64,000 nucleotides of DNA from Candidatus Woesearchaeota archaeon (GCA_016928115.1 JAFGLI010000022.1:560-64559); one strand, 5' to 3'; counted from the first letter of the stretch, positions 49,431 to 60,212 are shown. Numbers and translations are program-made. The notes: generated by a model from the sequence alone, not told the origin.

Positions 49431-50663
49431 ATGAAAATATTCATGCTGGGGTGGGAGTTTCCTCCTTTTTTCGCAGGAGGAGTAGGAGTTGTATGCTATC
49501 AGCTTAGCAAATATCTCAGTAAAAGAGGGATTGAAGTTAATTTTGTAATGCCTTCTGGCCCTAAAGAAGCAGAATCTGATTTTGTAAACCTGATTATTGC
49601 AAATAACCTGGTTTCAGATAAAAACATACATATAAAGAAAATTGACTCTCTGCTGATGCCTTATATAACATCCGAAGGTTATTTGAATTTGCTGAAAAAC
49701 AAACTAATGTTCAAGGATTTTGGTTCAACAGGAGAAATTTACGGGGAAAATCTTTTTGCAGAGATTGAAAGGTTCAAGGAAAAGCTTTTAATAATAGGAA
49801 AAAATATGGAGTTTGATGTAATTCATGCCCATGACTGGGTAACTTTTCCTGCTGCTGTTGCATTAAAGGAAGCAACAGGAAAGCCTTTGATTGTTCATAT
49901 ACACATAACTGAATTTGACAAGACAGGAGGCGTGCATGCAGACCCCGGGGTATACCGGATTGAAAAAACAGGAATGGATAAAGCTGATGTTATTATTGCA
50001 ATAAGCAACTTCATCAAAAACAGGCTGACTGATAAATATTATGTTGACCCGGCAAAAATAAAGGTAATACATAATGCCGCAGAAATACCTGAAAAAGATT
50101 ACAAAACAAGCCATAAAATTAATGAAAATGACAAGGTTGTTTTATTCGTAGGAAGAATAACTTTGCAGAAAGGCCCTGATTATTTTGTTGAGGCTGCAAA
50201 AAAGATAGTTGAAAAAGAGCCTAATGTAAAATTTGTGATGACTGGCTCAGGAGACATGTTTCCGCAGATAATCAACAAAGTTGCAGAACTGGGATTGACA
50301 AACAAATTCATATTTCCTGGTTTTTTAAACAGGGAGCAGGTTTTCAGGCTGTACAGCATGGCAGATGTGTTCATTATGCCTTCTGTATCAGAGCCTTTTG
50401 GTTTGGTGCCTCTGGAGGCAATGGCCTCGAAAACACCTGCAATAATATCAAAACAATCAGGAGTAAGCGAAATAGTGGGCCATGTAATCAAGGTTGATTT
50501 TTGGGATGTCAATGATATTGCTGCAAAAACACTGGCAATCCTGAAATACCAGACACTGAACAATGAACTGAAAAAACACGGGAGCATGGAAGTAAAAATG
50601 CTTAATTGGGATATCCCTGCACAAAAATGTATTGAGCTTTACAATCAGTTAGTATATCATTAA
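49431..50663 (+). CDS. GT4 glycosyltransferase (glycogen synthase-like)
   Basis: GWEFPP..GG.G, HAHDW, GRITLQKG, PSVSEPFGLVPLEAM; GGAGG RBS. Confidence 0.92.
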   Translation: MKIFMLGWEFPPFFAGGVGVVCYQLSKYLSKRGIEVNFVMPSGPKEAESDFVNLIIANNLVSDKNIHIKKIDSLLMPYITSEGYLNLLKNKLMFKDFGSTGEIYGENLFAEIERFKEKLLIIGKNMEFDVIHAHDWVTFPAAVALKEATGKPLIVHIHITEFDKTGGVHADPGVYRIEKTGMDKADVIIAISNFIKNRLTDKYYVDPAKIKVIHNAAEIPEKDYKTSHKINENDKVVLFVGRITLQKGPDYFVEAAKKIVEKEPNVKFVMTGSGDMFPQIINKVAELGLTNKFIFPGFLNREQVFRLYSMADVFIMPSVSEPFGLVPLEAMASKTPAIISKQSGVSEIVGHVIKVDFWDVNDIAAKTLAILKYQTLNNELKKHGSMEVKMLNWDIPAQKCIELYNQLVYH

Positions 50664-50715
50664 ATTCAAAACGGAATTAAAAAAATTTAAAAGAAAAGAA
50701 TAAAAAAGGTAAAAA

Positions 50716-51987
50716 ATGGTAAGTGTGTGCTTTTATTTCCAAGTTCATCAGCCAAACAGGCTGAGAGAATACAGTATATTTGACATTGGAAATAATTCAG
50801 ATTATTTTGATGAAAAAAAGAATGAGGAAATAATGAAAAAAGTGGCAGGAAAATGCTACCTTCCCACAAACAATCTAATGCTCTCCCTTATTGAGAAATA
50901 CAAAGGAAAATTCAGGATAAATTATTCAATATCAGGAACCGCCATAGAGCAGTTTGAAAAATATGCACCCGAGGTCCTTGAAAGCTTTAAAAAATTAAAT
51001 AAAACAGGCTGTGTTGAATTCCTTAATGAAACATACCATCATTCACTGGCATTTATTTATTCAAAAGAGGAATTCAGGAAACAGGTAAAAATGCACAGGA
51101 AAAAGATAAAAGAGCTTTTCGGCCAGGAGCCCGATGTGTTCAGGAATACTGAACTAATACTGAATAACGAGCTTGCAAGAGAGGCTGAGAAAATGGGATT
51201 CAGGAGCATTCTGGGAGAAGGAGCAGACCATATACTAAAAGGAAGAAGCCCTAATTTTGTTTATAAGCCAAAAACAAGCCAGAAGATAAAACTATTGCTG
51301 AAAAATTACAAATTAAGTGATGACATTGCATTCAGGTTTTCAAATAAAGGCTGGAAGGAATATCCCCTGACAGCCGAGAAATATGCGCAGTGGATAAGCT
51401 CAATAAACGGCAACGGCAATGTTGTGAACTTATTCATGGATTATGAGACATTCGGAGAGCACCAGTGGGAAGATACAGGCATATTCAAATTCATGAGAAA
51501 ACTTCCTGAGGAAATATTAAAACATCCTGATAATGAATTTGTGAATATCAGCGAGATAATAAAAAAATATGAGCCTGTTGGGGAACTTGACATACACAGT
51601 TTTGTCTCATGGGCGGATATAGAAAGGGATTTGAGTGCATGGATGGGAAATAAACTGCAGGAAAGCTCTCTCAATGAATTATACCGGATTGAAAAATACA
51701 TTAAAGCCACAAAAGACAAAAAACTTATTGAAGAATGGAGAAAAATGACAACAAGCGACCATTTTTATTATATGTGCACCAAGTGGTTCAATGACGGCGA
51801 TGTCCACAAATATTTTAATCCCTATGACAGCCCCTATAATGGGTTTATAACATTTACCAACATACTTAATGATATGGTTTTAAGGATTAAAGAAATAATT
51901 CCTGAAATCAAAAACCAGGATAATGAAAAAAATATGCTGAACATAAATGACAATCCTTCAGAGAAGCTAAAAAATATAGAGATATGA
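50716..51987 (+). CDS. GH57 alpha-amylase family protein
   Basis: FQVHQP, ETYHHSL, FRNTEL, DYETFGEH, SDHFYYM. Confidence 0.93.
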   Translation: MVSVCFYFQVHQPNRLREYSIFDIGNNSDYFDEKKNEEIMKKVAGKCYLPTNNLMLSLIEKYKGKFRINYSISGTAIEQFEKYAPEVLESFKKLNKTGCVEFLNETYHHSLAFIYSKEEFRKQVKMHRKKIKELFGQEPDVFRNTELILNNELAREAEKMGFRSILGEGADHILKGRSPNFVYKPKTSQKIKLLLKNYKLSDDIAFRFSNKGWKEYPLTAEKYAQWISSINGNGNVVNLFMDYETFGEHQWEDTGIFKFMRKLPEEILKHPDNEFVNISEIIKKYEPVGELDIHSFVSWADIERDLSAWMGNKLQESSLNELYRIEKYIKATKDKKLIEEWRKMTTSDHFYYMCTKWFNDGDVHKYFNPYDSPYNGFITFTNILNDMVLRIKEIIPEIKNQDNEKNMLNINDNPSEKLKNIEI

Positions 51988-52051
51988 GTTTTAAAAAAAA
52001 TAAAGAATAGAATAAAACATAAAAAAGGTTTTAAAAAAAGAGGTGTGTAAT

Positions 52052-52390
52052 ATGGCTAAAAAAAAGAAAAAAACAAGCAAAACAAAGGGAAAAAAGAAAA
52101 CAAAAGCTACAAAAAAAAGCAGCATACTGAATAAAGAAATATCTCCTGAAAAATATTTTATATTAAATTCAGGAAAAGCAATTGCCACAGTAAGGGAACT
52201 GGTTGAAGAACTGCAGATAATGAATGATGAATTATTCAGGCACCATGTGAATGACGAAAGAAATGACTTTGCAAACTGGATTCAGGATGTATTTGAAGAT
52301 AAAAAACTGGCAAAGAAATTAAGGGAAATCAAAGACAGGGAAAAAACAAGAACAGCTATTTATAAGCACATAGCAGAGTTATTTTATTAA
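52052..52390 (+). CDS. DUF5752-like protein
   Basis: F.L.SG...EL...L..M....F.HHVNDERNDFANWI. Confidence 0.75.
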   Translation: MAKKKKKTSKTKGKKKTKATKKSSILNKEISPEKYFILNSGKAIATVRELVEELQIMNDELFRHHVNDERNDFANWIQDVFEDKKLAKKLREIKDREKTRTAIYKHIAELFY

Positions 52391-52620
52391 TAATAAAGAA
52401 ATGACAAGCTGCTTGGTAATTGATTGAGGTAATAATATAAAAAATATAAAAGGGGTGAGATAATGCTAGGTAAAAATGTTGCTCAGGGACATGAATTTAT
52501 TTTCTGCAATAATGAAAAAGCCCATAATCTGGATGAATTCAAAAAAATAGTTGAAAATCTGGAAGAAAACGAATTTCAGCATCATGTGAATGACGAAAGA
52601 AATGACTTTGCAAACTGGAT
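52244..52620 (+). repeat. 38-bp identical direct repeat shared by the two DUF5752-like paralogues
   Basis: CATGTGAATGACGAAAGAAATGACTTTGCAAACTGGAT at 52244-52281 and 52583-52620. Confidence 0.9.
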
Positions 52621-52972
52621 AACATGGGCATTAGGGAATGAAACTCTTGGGAATGAGGTTAATGAACTGAAAACAAAAGAGGAGATAATTGAATCTTTAA
52701 ACAATGCAATACAGAAAAAAAAACAGGATAAAATAAAAGAAAAAACAGAAGACAATGAACAAAAACAGAAAGAAGAGCTGATAAAAGAAAAAGATAATTC
52801 TGAAAAGGAAATTAAACCTGAAATTAAGAACAAACCGGCCAAGGTTATTAAAAATCTCATTAACAAGGAAAAAGAAAAAACAAAGGCTAAAGAATTCCTG
52901 ATTATTGAATTTGTAATAGGGCTTATAGCTGGTTTGGTTATAGGGATTATCTTGGGTATATTTGTATTTTAA
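52463..52972 (+). CDS. DUF5752-like protein with a charged linker and C-terminal TM anchor
   Basis: HHVNDERNDFANWI; ends in hydrophobic FVIGLIAGLVIGIILGIFVF. Confidence 0.75.
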   Translation: MLGKNVAQGHEFIFCNNEKAHNLDEFKKIVENLEENEFQHHVNDERNDFANWITWALGNETLGNEVNELKTKEEIIESLNNAIQKKKQDKIKEKTEDNEQKQKEELIKEKDNSEKEIKPEIKNKPAKVIKNLINKEKEKTKAKEFLIIEFVIGLIAGLVIGIILGIFVF

Positions 52973-53005
52973 TGATGAATGAAAAATAAACTGAAAAGGT
53001 AAAAA

Positions 53006-54784
53006 ATGACAGAAACAAAACCTGACTTAGTTTTTGAGTCATCATGGGAAGTATGCAACAAGGTGGGGGGCATACATACTGTTATTACAAGCAAGGCTCC
53101 CTTAATGGATGAAAACTACAAGAGATATTTCCTTATAGGGCCTTATTTTGATGAAAAAGCCAAAAGGGACTTCTCAGCATCGAAAATACCTGACGGGTGG
53201 GGAGATGTATTCAAAAAACTTGAAGAAAAAGGAATAAAGGCATATTTCGGAAAATGGGAAATAAAAGGTGAGCCTAAAGTTATTCTTATTGATTATAAAA
53301 ACCTCATAGACAAAAGAAATGAAATGAAAAAAAAATTGTGGGAAAATTTCAAGATAGACACATTATTCTCAAAAATGGAATTTGATGAGCCCATGGTCTG
53401 GAGCTATTGTGTTTCTGAATTGCTCAGCCTGATAGAGCAAAAAGAGAAAAACAACAAAATAGTGGGGCATTTTCATGAATGGATGGCCGGCCTGACATCA
53501 TTATTCCTTAAAATAAAAAAATCCAATATAAAAACTGTATTTACAACCCATGCAACAATGCTGGGAAGAACACTTGCAGGCTCAGGATTTGACCTTTATA
53601 ACAATTTACAAAATATAGATCCTGAAAAAGAAGCAAGGCAAAGAGGCCTGATTGAAAAGTTTACCACAGAAAAGGCATGTGCTAATGAAAGTGATGTTTT
53701 TACCACAATATCTGAAATAACAAAAAAAGAAGCCAAGCATTTCCTGGGCAAGGATGCTGACATATTGCTCCCAAACGGGCTGGATATGGAAAGATTCCCT
53801 ACAATGGAAGAAAACTCAATTAAACACATAACCTGCAGGAAAATACTAAGGGAATTCATAAGTTATTATTTCTTCCCATACAACACTTTCCAGCTTGACC
53901 ATAATCTGATCTATTATTTTCTCGGTAGAAATGAATTCAAGAATAAGGGAGCTGATATAACCATAAAAGCCCTTGGAAAATTAAATGACCAGTTAAAAAA
54001 GGATAAATCAAAAAGAACAGTAACTTTCTTTTTCTGGATACCTTTGGAGAATAAAGGAATAAAAAGTGAAATAAGGGAGAACAAGGACTATTATTATCAT
54101 ATTAAAAGAAATGTTGAAACAAACTCAGAAGACATATTGAAAAGGATAATCTATGATTTTGTATCCCAAAGGGACTTTGGAAATGAGAGTTTGTTCACAA
54201 AAGATTTTCTTATGGGCATAAAAAAAGACATAATAGCATTCAAAAGAAAGGGAAATCCCCCATTATGTACACACATAATAGAAAATGAGGACAATAATGA
54301 AATAATAAAATTACTAAGGGAAGTCGGGCTGGATAATAAAGAAGATGACAAAGTAAAAGTAATCCTTAACCCAGTTTACCTGAACGGCAATGACGGGCTT
54401 TTCGACCTTGAGTATTATGATGCAATGGCCGGATGCCACCTGGGGCTATTCCCCAGCTATTATGAGCCGTGGGGCTATACGCCGCTGGAAAGCATTTCAA
54501 TGTCTGTCCCTGCAGTAACATCTGACCTAGCAGGTTTCGGGAAATTCATTGAAGACAAGGCATCTGGAAAAACACCGGGAATTTATGTATTGAAAAGGGA
54601 AAAAAAGGAAGAAAAGGACATGATTATGGAGTTGTTTAAGATTATGTATAAATATGCAATAATAAGCCATCCTGAAAGGGTCGATAATAAAATGAATGCA
54701 AAAAAGGTTTCTATGCTGGCTGACTGGAATGAAATGGTAAAATATTATTTCGCAGCACATGCCCTTGCTGTTAAAAAAAGGTGA
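53006..54784 (+). CDS. GT3 (eukaryote-type) glycogen synthase
   Basis: SWEVCNKVGGIHTV, HFHEW, FTTHAT, FPSYYEPWGYTPLE. Confidence 0.93.
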   Translation: MTETKPDLVFESSWEVCNKVGGIHTVITSKAPLMDENYKRYFLIGPYFDEKAKRDFSASKIPDGWGDVFKKLEEKGIKAYFGKWEIKGEPKVILIDYKNLIDKRNEMKKKLWENFKIDTLFSKMEFDEPMVWSYCVSELLSLIEQKEKNNKIVGHFHEWMAGLTSLFLKIKKSNIKTVFTTHATMLGRTLAGSGFDLYNNLQNIDPEKEARQRGLIEKFTTEKACANESDVFTTISEITKKEAKHFLGKDADILLPNGLDMERFPTMEENSIKHITCRKILREFISYYFFPYNTFQLDHNLIYYFLGRNEFKNKGADITIKALGKLNDQLKKDKSKRTVTFFFWIPLENKGIKSEIRENKDYYYHIKRNVETNSEDILKRIIYDFVSQRDFGNESLFTKDFLMGIKKDIIAFKRKGNPPLCTHIIENEDNNEIIKLLREVGLDNKEDDKVKVILNPVYLNGNDGLFDLEYYDAMAGCHLGLFPSYYEPWGYTPLESISMSVPAVTSDLAGFGKFIEDKASGKTPGIYVLKREKKEEKDMIMELFKIMYKYAIISHPERVDNKMNAKKVSMLADWNEMVKYYFAAHALAVKKR

Positions 54785-54788
54785 GAAT

Positions 54789-55784
54789 ATGCCTGAAATA
54801 AGAAAAGACTATCTTATGGACAGATATGTGATAATTGCCTCAGAAAGAAGCAAAAGGCCTGTGCTTTTCAAAAAAACCAAAGCAGCTAAAAAAAAGAGCA
54901 ATTATGATAAGCAGTGCCCCTTCTGTAAAGGAAATGAAGCAATGCTTCCGGGCATTAATAAAGAGTATAATGTAAAAAAAGGAAAATCAAGTGACATAAT
55001 AAGGATAGTGCCCAATAAATACGAAGCTGCTATGCAAAAAGGAAATCCTGAATTAAAGAATGATAATGTATTTTACACATATTCTTCTTCATACGGCATT
55101 CACGAGGTTATTATAGAAACGCTTGAGCACGGCGTTGATTTTGAGGAACTGCCGCTGAACCAGTTAAAAAAAATCATTGAAGTTTATATTGAAAGCACAA
55201 AGGAATTAATAGGAAAACCAAATATAAAATATGTCTCTTTGTTCAAGAACCAGGGAAAAGAGGCAGGGGCATCAATCAACCATACCCATTCACAGATAAT
55301 AGGTTATAATATTGTTCCTGAATTGGTGAAAAAAAAGAATAAAAAAGCTAAGGAATTCTTTGAAAAAAACAATAGATGCGCTTATTGTGAAATAATTGAA
55401 AGGGAAAAAAACTCTTACAGGAGGGTTTTTGAAAACAACTCATTTATATCATTCTGCCCTTATGCATCAAGGTTTCAGTTTGAAGTGCTGTTAATTCCTA
55501 AAAGGCATTTTGCCTCTTTAATAGATATGGACAAAAAAGAAATAAAAGACCTTGCCGAAGCCCTGAAAAAAATATTAACAACTCTTGAAAAAATGGGACC
55601 TACGCCGTTTAATATAATGTTTTTCAACACCCACAATGTTGAGGACAACAAGGATTATTTCCACTTCCATATTGAGATTGCTCCAAGGATAAGCAACTTT
55701 GCAGGGTTTGAGATAGAAACAGAAACAATAATCAACACAACAACACCAGAAGATGCTGCTTCTTTTTACAGGGAAAACCTGTAA
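54789..55784 (+). CDS. galT: Galactose-1-phosphate uridylyltransferase family (HIT) protein
   Basis: RSKRP, CPFC, VPNKY, HEVIIE, GASINHTHSQ, HFHIEIAPR. Confidence 0.88.
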   Translation: MPEIRKDYLMDRYVIIASERSKRPVLFKKTKAAKKKSNYDKQCPFCKGNEAMLPGINKEYNVKKGKSSDIIRIVPNKYEAAMQKGNPELKNDNVFYTYSSSYGIHEVIIETLEHGVDFEELPLNQLKKIIEVYIESTKELIGKPNIKYVSLFKNQGKEAGASINHTHSQIIGYNIVPELVKKKNKKAKEFFEKNNRCAYCEIIEREKNSYRRVFENNSFISFCPYASRFQFEVLLIPKRHFASLIDMDKKEIKDLAEALKKILTTLEKMGPTPFNIMFFNTHNVEDNKDYFHFHIEIAPRISNFAGFEIETETIINTTTPEDAASFYRENL

Positions 55785-55828
55785 AAAACATAAATATATA
55801 AAAGAGCAGGTTATCATATTAATAAAAA

Positions 55829-56824
55829 ATGAAAGTTATTATGCCTGTGGCTGGAAAAGGAACAAGGCTAAGGCCCCATACACACACAACAGCAAAACCC
55901 TTAGTCGAAGTTGCCGGGAAAGCTGTTTTAGGCCATATACTGGACAGATTAGAAGGATTAGACATAAATGAACTTATTTTTATTACAGGAAAGGATTATG
56001 AAAAAGATATTATTGATTATGTAAAAAAGAATTATTCCCAATATAAAGTTTCTTATGAAAGGCAAAAAGAAAAACTTGGAACTGCACATGCAATTTACCA
56101 GGCAAAAAAACACATAGATGAAGATGTTTTAATAGTCTATTGTGACAGCATAATTGAAGGTGATTTTGATATAATAAAAAAAACCAAAGCTGACGGCATA
56201 ATGTGGGCTAAAGAGGTTGAAGACCCTTCAGCTTATGGTGTTCTGGTTCTGGATGAAAATAATTACATAAAAAAAATGGTTGAAAAACCAGAGGAATTTA
56301 TCAGCAATCTGGCCAATGTTGGCATTTATTATATAAAAAATTATGAATTGTTGTTCAGGGAAATTGAGTATATTATAAAAAAAGACATTAAAAGAAAAGG
56401 AGAATATTATGTAACTTCTGCTTTCCAGAGAATGTTTGAAAAAGGGGAAAAAATGATTATAGGAAAAGTGGATAAATGGCTTGACTGCGGTAATATTGAT
56501 TCATTGCTTGAAACCAACCAGTACTTACTATCTAAAAAAAATAAAATAGAGGAAAAAGGGAAAAACTGCAAAATCATAAAGCCTGTTTATATTGAAAAAG
56601 GCGCAAAACTGGAAAATTCAACAATAGGCCCGTTTGTTTCAATAGGAAAAGGCACAGAAATCAAAGACAGCTTTATTGAAAACAGTATTATCGGCCTGGA
56701 AAACATCATATCAAATGTCAGAATAAACTCCTCAGTCATAGGAAGCTATACAAAAGTCTCTGGTGGAGAATTTAAAAAATTAAACATAGGAGACCATTCT
56801 CATATTGAAATACGTTTTGAGTAA
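55829..56824 (+). CDS. Sugar-1-phosphate nucleotidyltransferase
   Basis: PVAGKGTRLRPHT..KPL, LGTAHA, VEKP, WLDCG; C-terminal LbH repeats. Confidence 0.9.
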   Translation: MKVIMPVAGKGTRLRPHTHTTAKPLVEVAGKAVLGHILDRLEGLDINELIFITGKDYEKDIIDYVKKNYSQYKVSYERQKEKLGTAHAIYQAKKHIDEDVLIVYCDSIIEGDFDIIKKTKADGIMWAKEVEDPSAYGVLVLDENNYIKKMVEKPEEFISNLANVGIYYIKNYELLFREIEYIIKKDIKRKGEYYVTSAFQRMFEKGEKMIIGKVDKWLDCGNIDSLLETNQYLLSKKNKIEEKGKNCKIIKPVYIEKGAKLENSTIGPFVSIGKGTEIKDSFIENSIIGLENIISNVRINSSVIGSYTKVSGGEFKKLNIGDHSHIEIRFE

Positions 56825-56840
56825 AAAAGAACTTTTTCTT

Positions 56841-57683
56841 TTATTTCTTATCTTTTGGCATAAATACTGTCATATCATATTTATAGGGATTTTTCAGCAT
56901 ATCTAAGAAAGAAACTTCTTTATCAGTAATCAGCTCTGAGTTTGCGATTATTCCATACATATTGTTTTCAGAACACCTGAAGCAGGTCTTAACCTTTGTG
57001 GTTATCCCGCCTCTTCCAAGAGGGGAATTGTCTCTCCCTTCAATCATTCTGATTATTTCCTCATTCTTTTTTTCATTGAAATAAACCTCATTTATCAGTC
57101 TATCTTTATCATCATAAAGCCCGCCGTTGGGGTTGAACATTATATCTATACTTGAATTTGAATATTTTGCTATTAAATATGAAAGAGTATCATTGTCATC
57201 AAAATAATATTCCTCATCTTTTATCTTTTCCTTAAATTCCTCATCACTTACTGGGTCATTTTCATTTATTACAGGTATTGTGTTTTCATCTTCTGCATAA
57301 CACATATCTATTATTTTTATTATATTTTTCCTGTTTTCCCCGTTCTCAAGGTTTTTATGGGTTATGAGAAACTGAAATGGCTTAAACCCTTTCTTGCGAA
57401 ATTCATTTGCATACATATTAATTAGGTTGGTTTGCCCTAAACCTGAAAGATACTGAAGCTTGATTATTTTCTCAGGCCTTTCTTTTATGCCTTTTATCTC
57501 CATTCCCTTGAATACAGCGCCTGAAGTTACAATCTTTGGCTTATAGCCCTGCGTATATAATTCGGCTGTCTTGGCACAAAGACATTTAATTACTTTGGTG
57601 TCTATTTTATTCTTTCTTTTTTCCTTTAATGCTTCGGTCCCTATTTTGAGGACTATGCTATCCCCTGAATTCAGATTTATCAT
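56841..57683 (-). CDS. proB: Glutamate 5-kinase-like protein (no PUA domain)
   Basis: VLKIGT, VTSGAV, GQ, PVINENDPV, DND.L, GRGGITTK. Confidence 0.75.
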   Translation of the reverse strand: MINLNSGDSIVLKIGTEALKEKRKNKIDTKVIKCLCAKTAELYTQGYKPKIVTSGAVFKGMEIKGIKERPEKIIKLQYLSGLGQTNLINMYANEFRKKGFKPFQFLITHKNLENGENRKNIIKIIDMCYAEDENTIPVINENDPVSDEEFKEKIKDEEYYFDDNDTLSYLIAKYSNSSIDIMFNPNGGLYDDKDRLINEVYFNEKKNEEIIRMIEGRDNSPLGRGGITTKVKTCFRCSENNMYGIIANSELITDKEVSFLDMLKNPYKYDMTVFMPKDKK

Positions 57684-57841
57684 TTTTTAACGATGTTACA
57701 AGTTTAAACCTGAAATAAATAAATACTTATAAACCTTTTGATAGTTTTACTTCTTTTTTGTAATAAAATATTTCTATGTTAATTTCAATTAAATTTATAA
57801 ACTGCTTTTGTTTCATTAATAAAAAAGGGTTGGGGACTCTC

Positions 57842-59578
57842 ATGATAAAACATTCTATTCTGAGAAAAGAGGTGAACGGTGAAGAGAAAAATAAAGAGAT
57901 TACAGGCTTTCTTCTGTCAAACCAGAATATTTTCTTTTCCCTTTCTTTTGGCGAAAATTTCACAAATTACAATGGATTATTTTCTTTTTATGACAATATG
58001 CCTTACAAAACAATAGAGAATATTTATTTGGATGAAAAAGAAAATGGAAAAATAATAGTAAATAAGATAAATTCTGCTGAAAGAATAAAAGGAAAAGCAA
58101 AAGAGATTTTTTCCCTGGAAAACAACTGCCTGAACTATGAAGTCAACGATTACAATGGATGGATAAATATTGAGCTTGACTTCAGAAGCATATTCTCAAA
58201 GCCGAGGTTCGGAAGGATATACAGCATTTACAAAGACAAAATCAAGAATAAAAAACACATTATTATTGAATATACTAATGAGGAAAACAAGGAAAAGCAT
58301 TTTATAGTTCTTTGCGGGGCAGAAAAATATAAATTAACTAACAACTGGGTAAGGAAGGAATATATATATGATAAAAAAAGAAGCAGTAATTTTGAATTCT
58401 ATGTTTATCAGGCCCTGAAAATAAAATGTGAGGAAAAAATAAAAATTATAATCAGTACGGGCAGGACAAAAGAGGAAGCCATATTAAATATTAATGAGAA
58501 CAACAGCCAAGGATTCCTGAAAAAGATTCCTGAAAAAGATGTGGATTTTGCATACATATGCGCTTTAAATTCATTATCCGGCTTAATGAAGGATGAAAGA
58601 AATATAAGGGCAGGGCTGCCCTGGTTTTTCCAGATATGGTCAAGGGATGAGCTGATTTCACTGAATGCATTCATACAGGAAGGAAAATATGATATAACTA
58701 AAAAAATATTGTGGAAATATCTTGAAAAAATAAATGAAAAAGGTAGGATTCCCAATATTCTTGATAATGATGAAAGCACTAATGCTGATTCAACAGGATG
58801 GCTATTTATGAGGATTAAGGATTTTATCGGAAAGTTCAATAAAAAAACAGACAGGAAAGACGGGGATTACATAAGTGAAAAACTCAGGGAAACTATTGAA
58901 AAAAATGAGAAAAATTACATGGAAAACAGCCTCATACATAATTACGCCCAGGAAACATGGATGGACAGCATATCAAGAGAGGGATTCTGCATTGAAAACC
59001 AGGCTTTTTATCTCAATATGCTTAAGCTGATGCAAAAATTCGATAATAGCCAAAAATGGAGGAAAAAAGAAAAAGATTTCAGAAAAACTGTAAAAGAAAG
59101 ATTTTTTGAAAACGGAATCCTTAAAGACAACCTTAAAGACAATGAGATAAGGCCTAATGCCTTTATTGCATATTATATATACCCTGAATTGCTTACTAAA
59201 AAAGAATGGGAGAGCGTATTTGACAATTTATTAGAAAGCCTGTGGCTTGACTGGGGGGGAATCAGCACAGTTGACAAAAAAAGCAAAGATTTTCATGAAT
59301 ATTATACGGGGGAAAATGACTTCAGCTACCACCAGGGCGACTCATGGTTCTGGCTTAATAATCTGGCTGCTGTAAGTATGATTAAGCTGAATAAGAAGAA
59401 GTACAAAAAATATATTGAGAAAATAAAAGAAGCTTCAACAAAGGAAATATTATTCGGGGGACTTATAGGCCATGCCTCTGAGTTATCTGATGCTAAAGAA
59501 TTAAATCCCGGCGGAACCTTCTGCCAGGCCTGGAGCAGCGCCATATTCATAGAACTCTGCAGAATTATTTGTAGTTGA
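57842..59578 (+). CDS. Glycogen debranching enzyme (amylo-alpha-1,6-glucosidase; start revised)
   Basis: AGLPWFFQIWSRDELIS, ADSTGW, ETWMD, RPN, SYHQGDSW, QAWS. Confidence 0.88.
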   Translation: MIKHSILRKEVNGEEKNKEITGFLLSNQNIFFSLSFGENFTNYNGLFSFYDNMPYKTIENIYLDEKENGKIIVNKINSAERIKGKAKEIFSLENNCLNYEVNDYNGWINIELDFRSIFSKPRFGRIYSIYKDKIKNKKHIIIEYTNEENKEKHFIVLCGAEKYKLTNNWVRKEYIYDKKRSSNFEFYVYQALKIKCEEKIKIIISTGRTKEEAILNINENNSQGFLKKIPEKDVDFAYICALNSLSGLMKDERNIRAGLPWFFQIWSRDELISLNAFIQEGKYDITKKILWKYLEKINEKGRIPNILDNDESTNADSTGWLFMRIKDFIGKFNKKTDRKDGDYISEKLRETIEKNEKNYMENSLIHNYAQETWMDSISREGFCIENQAFYLNMLKLMQKFDNSQKWRKKEKDFRKTVKERFFENGILKDNLKDNEIRPNAFIAYYIYPELLTKKEWESVFDNLLESLWLDWGGISTVDKKSKDFHEYYTGENDFSYHQGDSWFWLNNLAAVSMIKLNKKKYKKYIEKIKEASTKEILFGGLIGHASELSDAKELNPGGTFCQAWSSAIFIELCRIICS

Positions 59579-60031
59579 ATGATTTTCTAAACAAGCCATA
59601 TAATCTAAAGGAGCTATTTTAAATTTACTAATTATTTTTTCTTTATTATAAAATATTAAAAGAACATCATCTAAATTTACATGATTCCCGTTATTAGTCT
59701 TGATTTCTCCTTTTTTAAATTTATACAAACGATTCAAACTTATAATATTACTCTCCCAAGAAGAGTTTTTTCCATCCAAAAATAAAGTATATTTTTCTGT
59801 ATTCAACTCACCATCATAAAAAGGAAATATATAATTCAGTTGGGTTATTATATTTGGCTTTTTTGATAAATTTTCTGCAAAAGATATGGCTTTTTCTATA
59901 TCCTCTTTTTTAATAGAACACAACATAAACTTCTTTAACAATACTTCTAAGTCATCTTTAACTAACTTTATCTCTATATTATAAGAAGGTCTACCATAAC
60001 AAATAGAATATTCAAGAGAAATTCTAATCAC
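59501..60031 (-). pseudogene. AT-rich ORF, possibly a degraded insertion
   Basis: Upstream in-frame ATG (60052) is separated by a TAA; 3' end overlaps the convergent debranching gene by 78 bp. Confidence 0.35.
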
Positions 60032-60212
60032 CTCTTATAATTTTGGTTTCATTATTATCCATATATATTTTCATATAAATACCTCGTACTATATATTACC
60101 ATTTATGTATACTAGTATATATAAATTTTTCGGTTTTTTCATTACTTTGTAAAGGTTAATTCATAGTAAAAACATTAGTTTTTTAAATAATTTACTTATT
60201 TTTATTTTAAAG

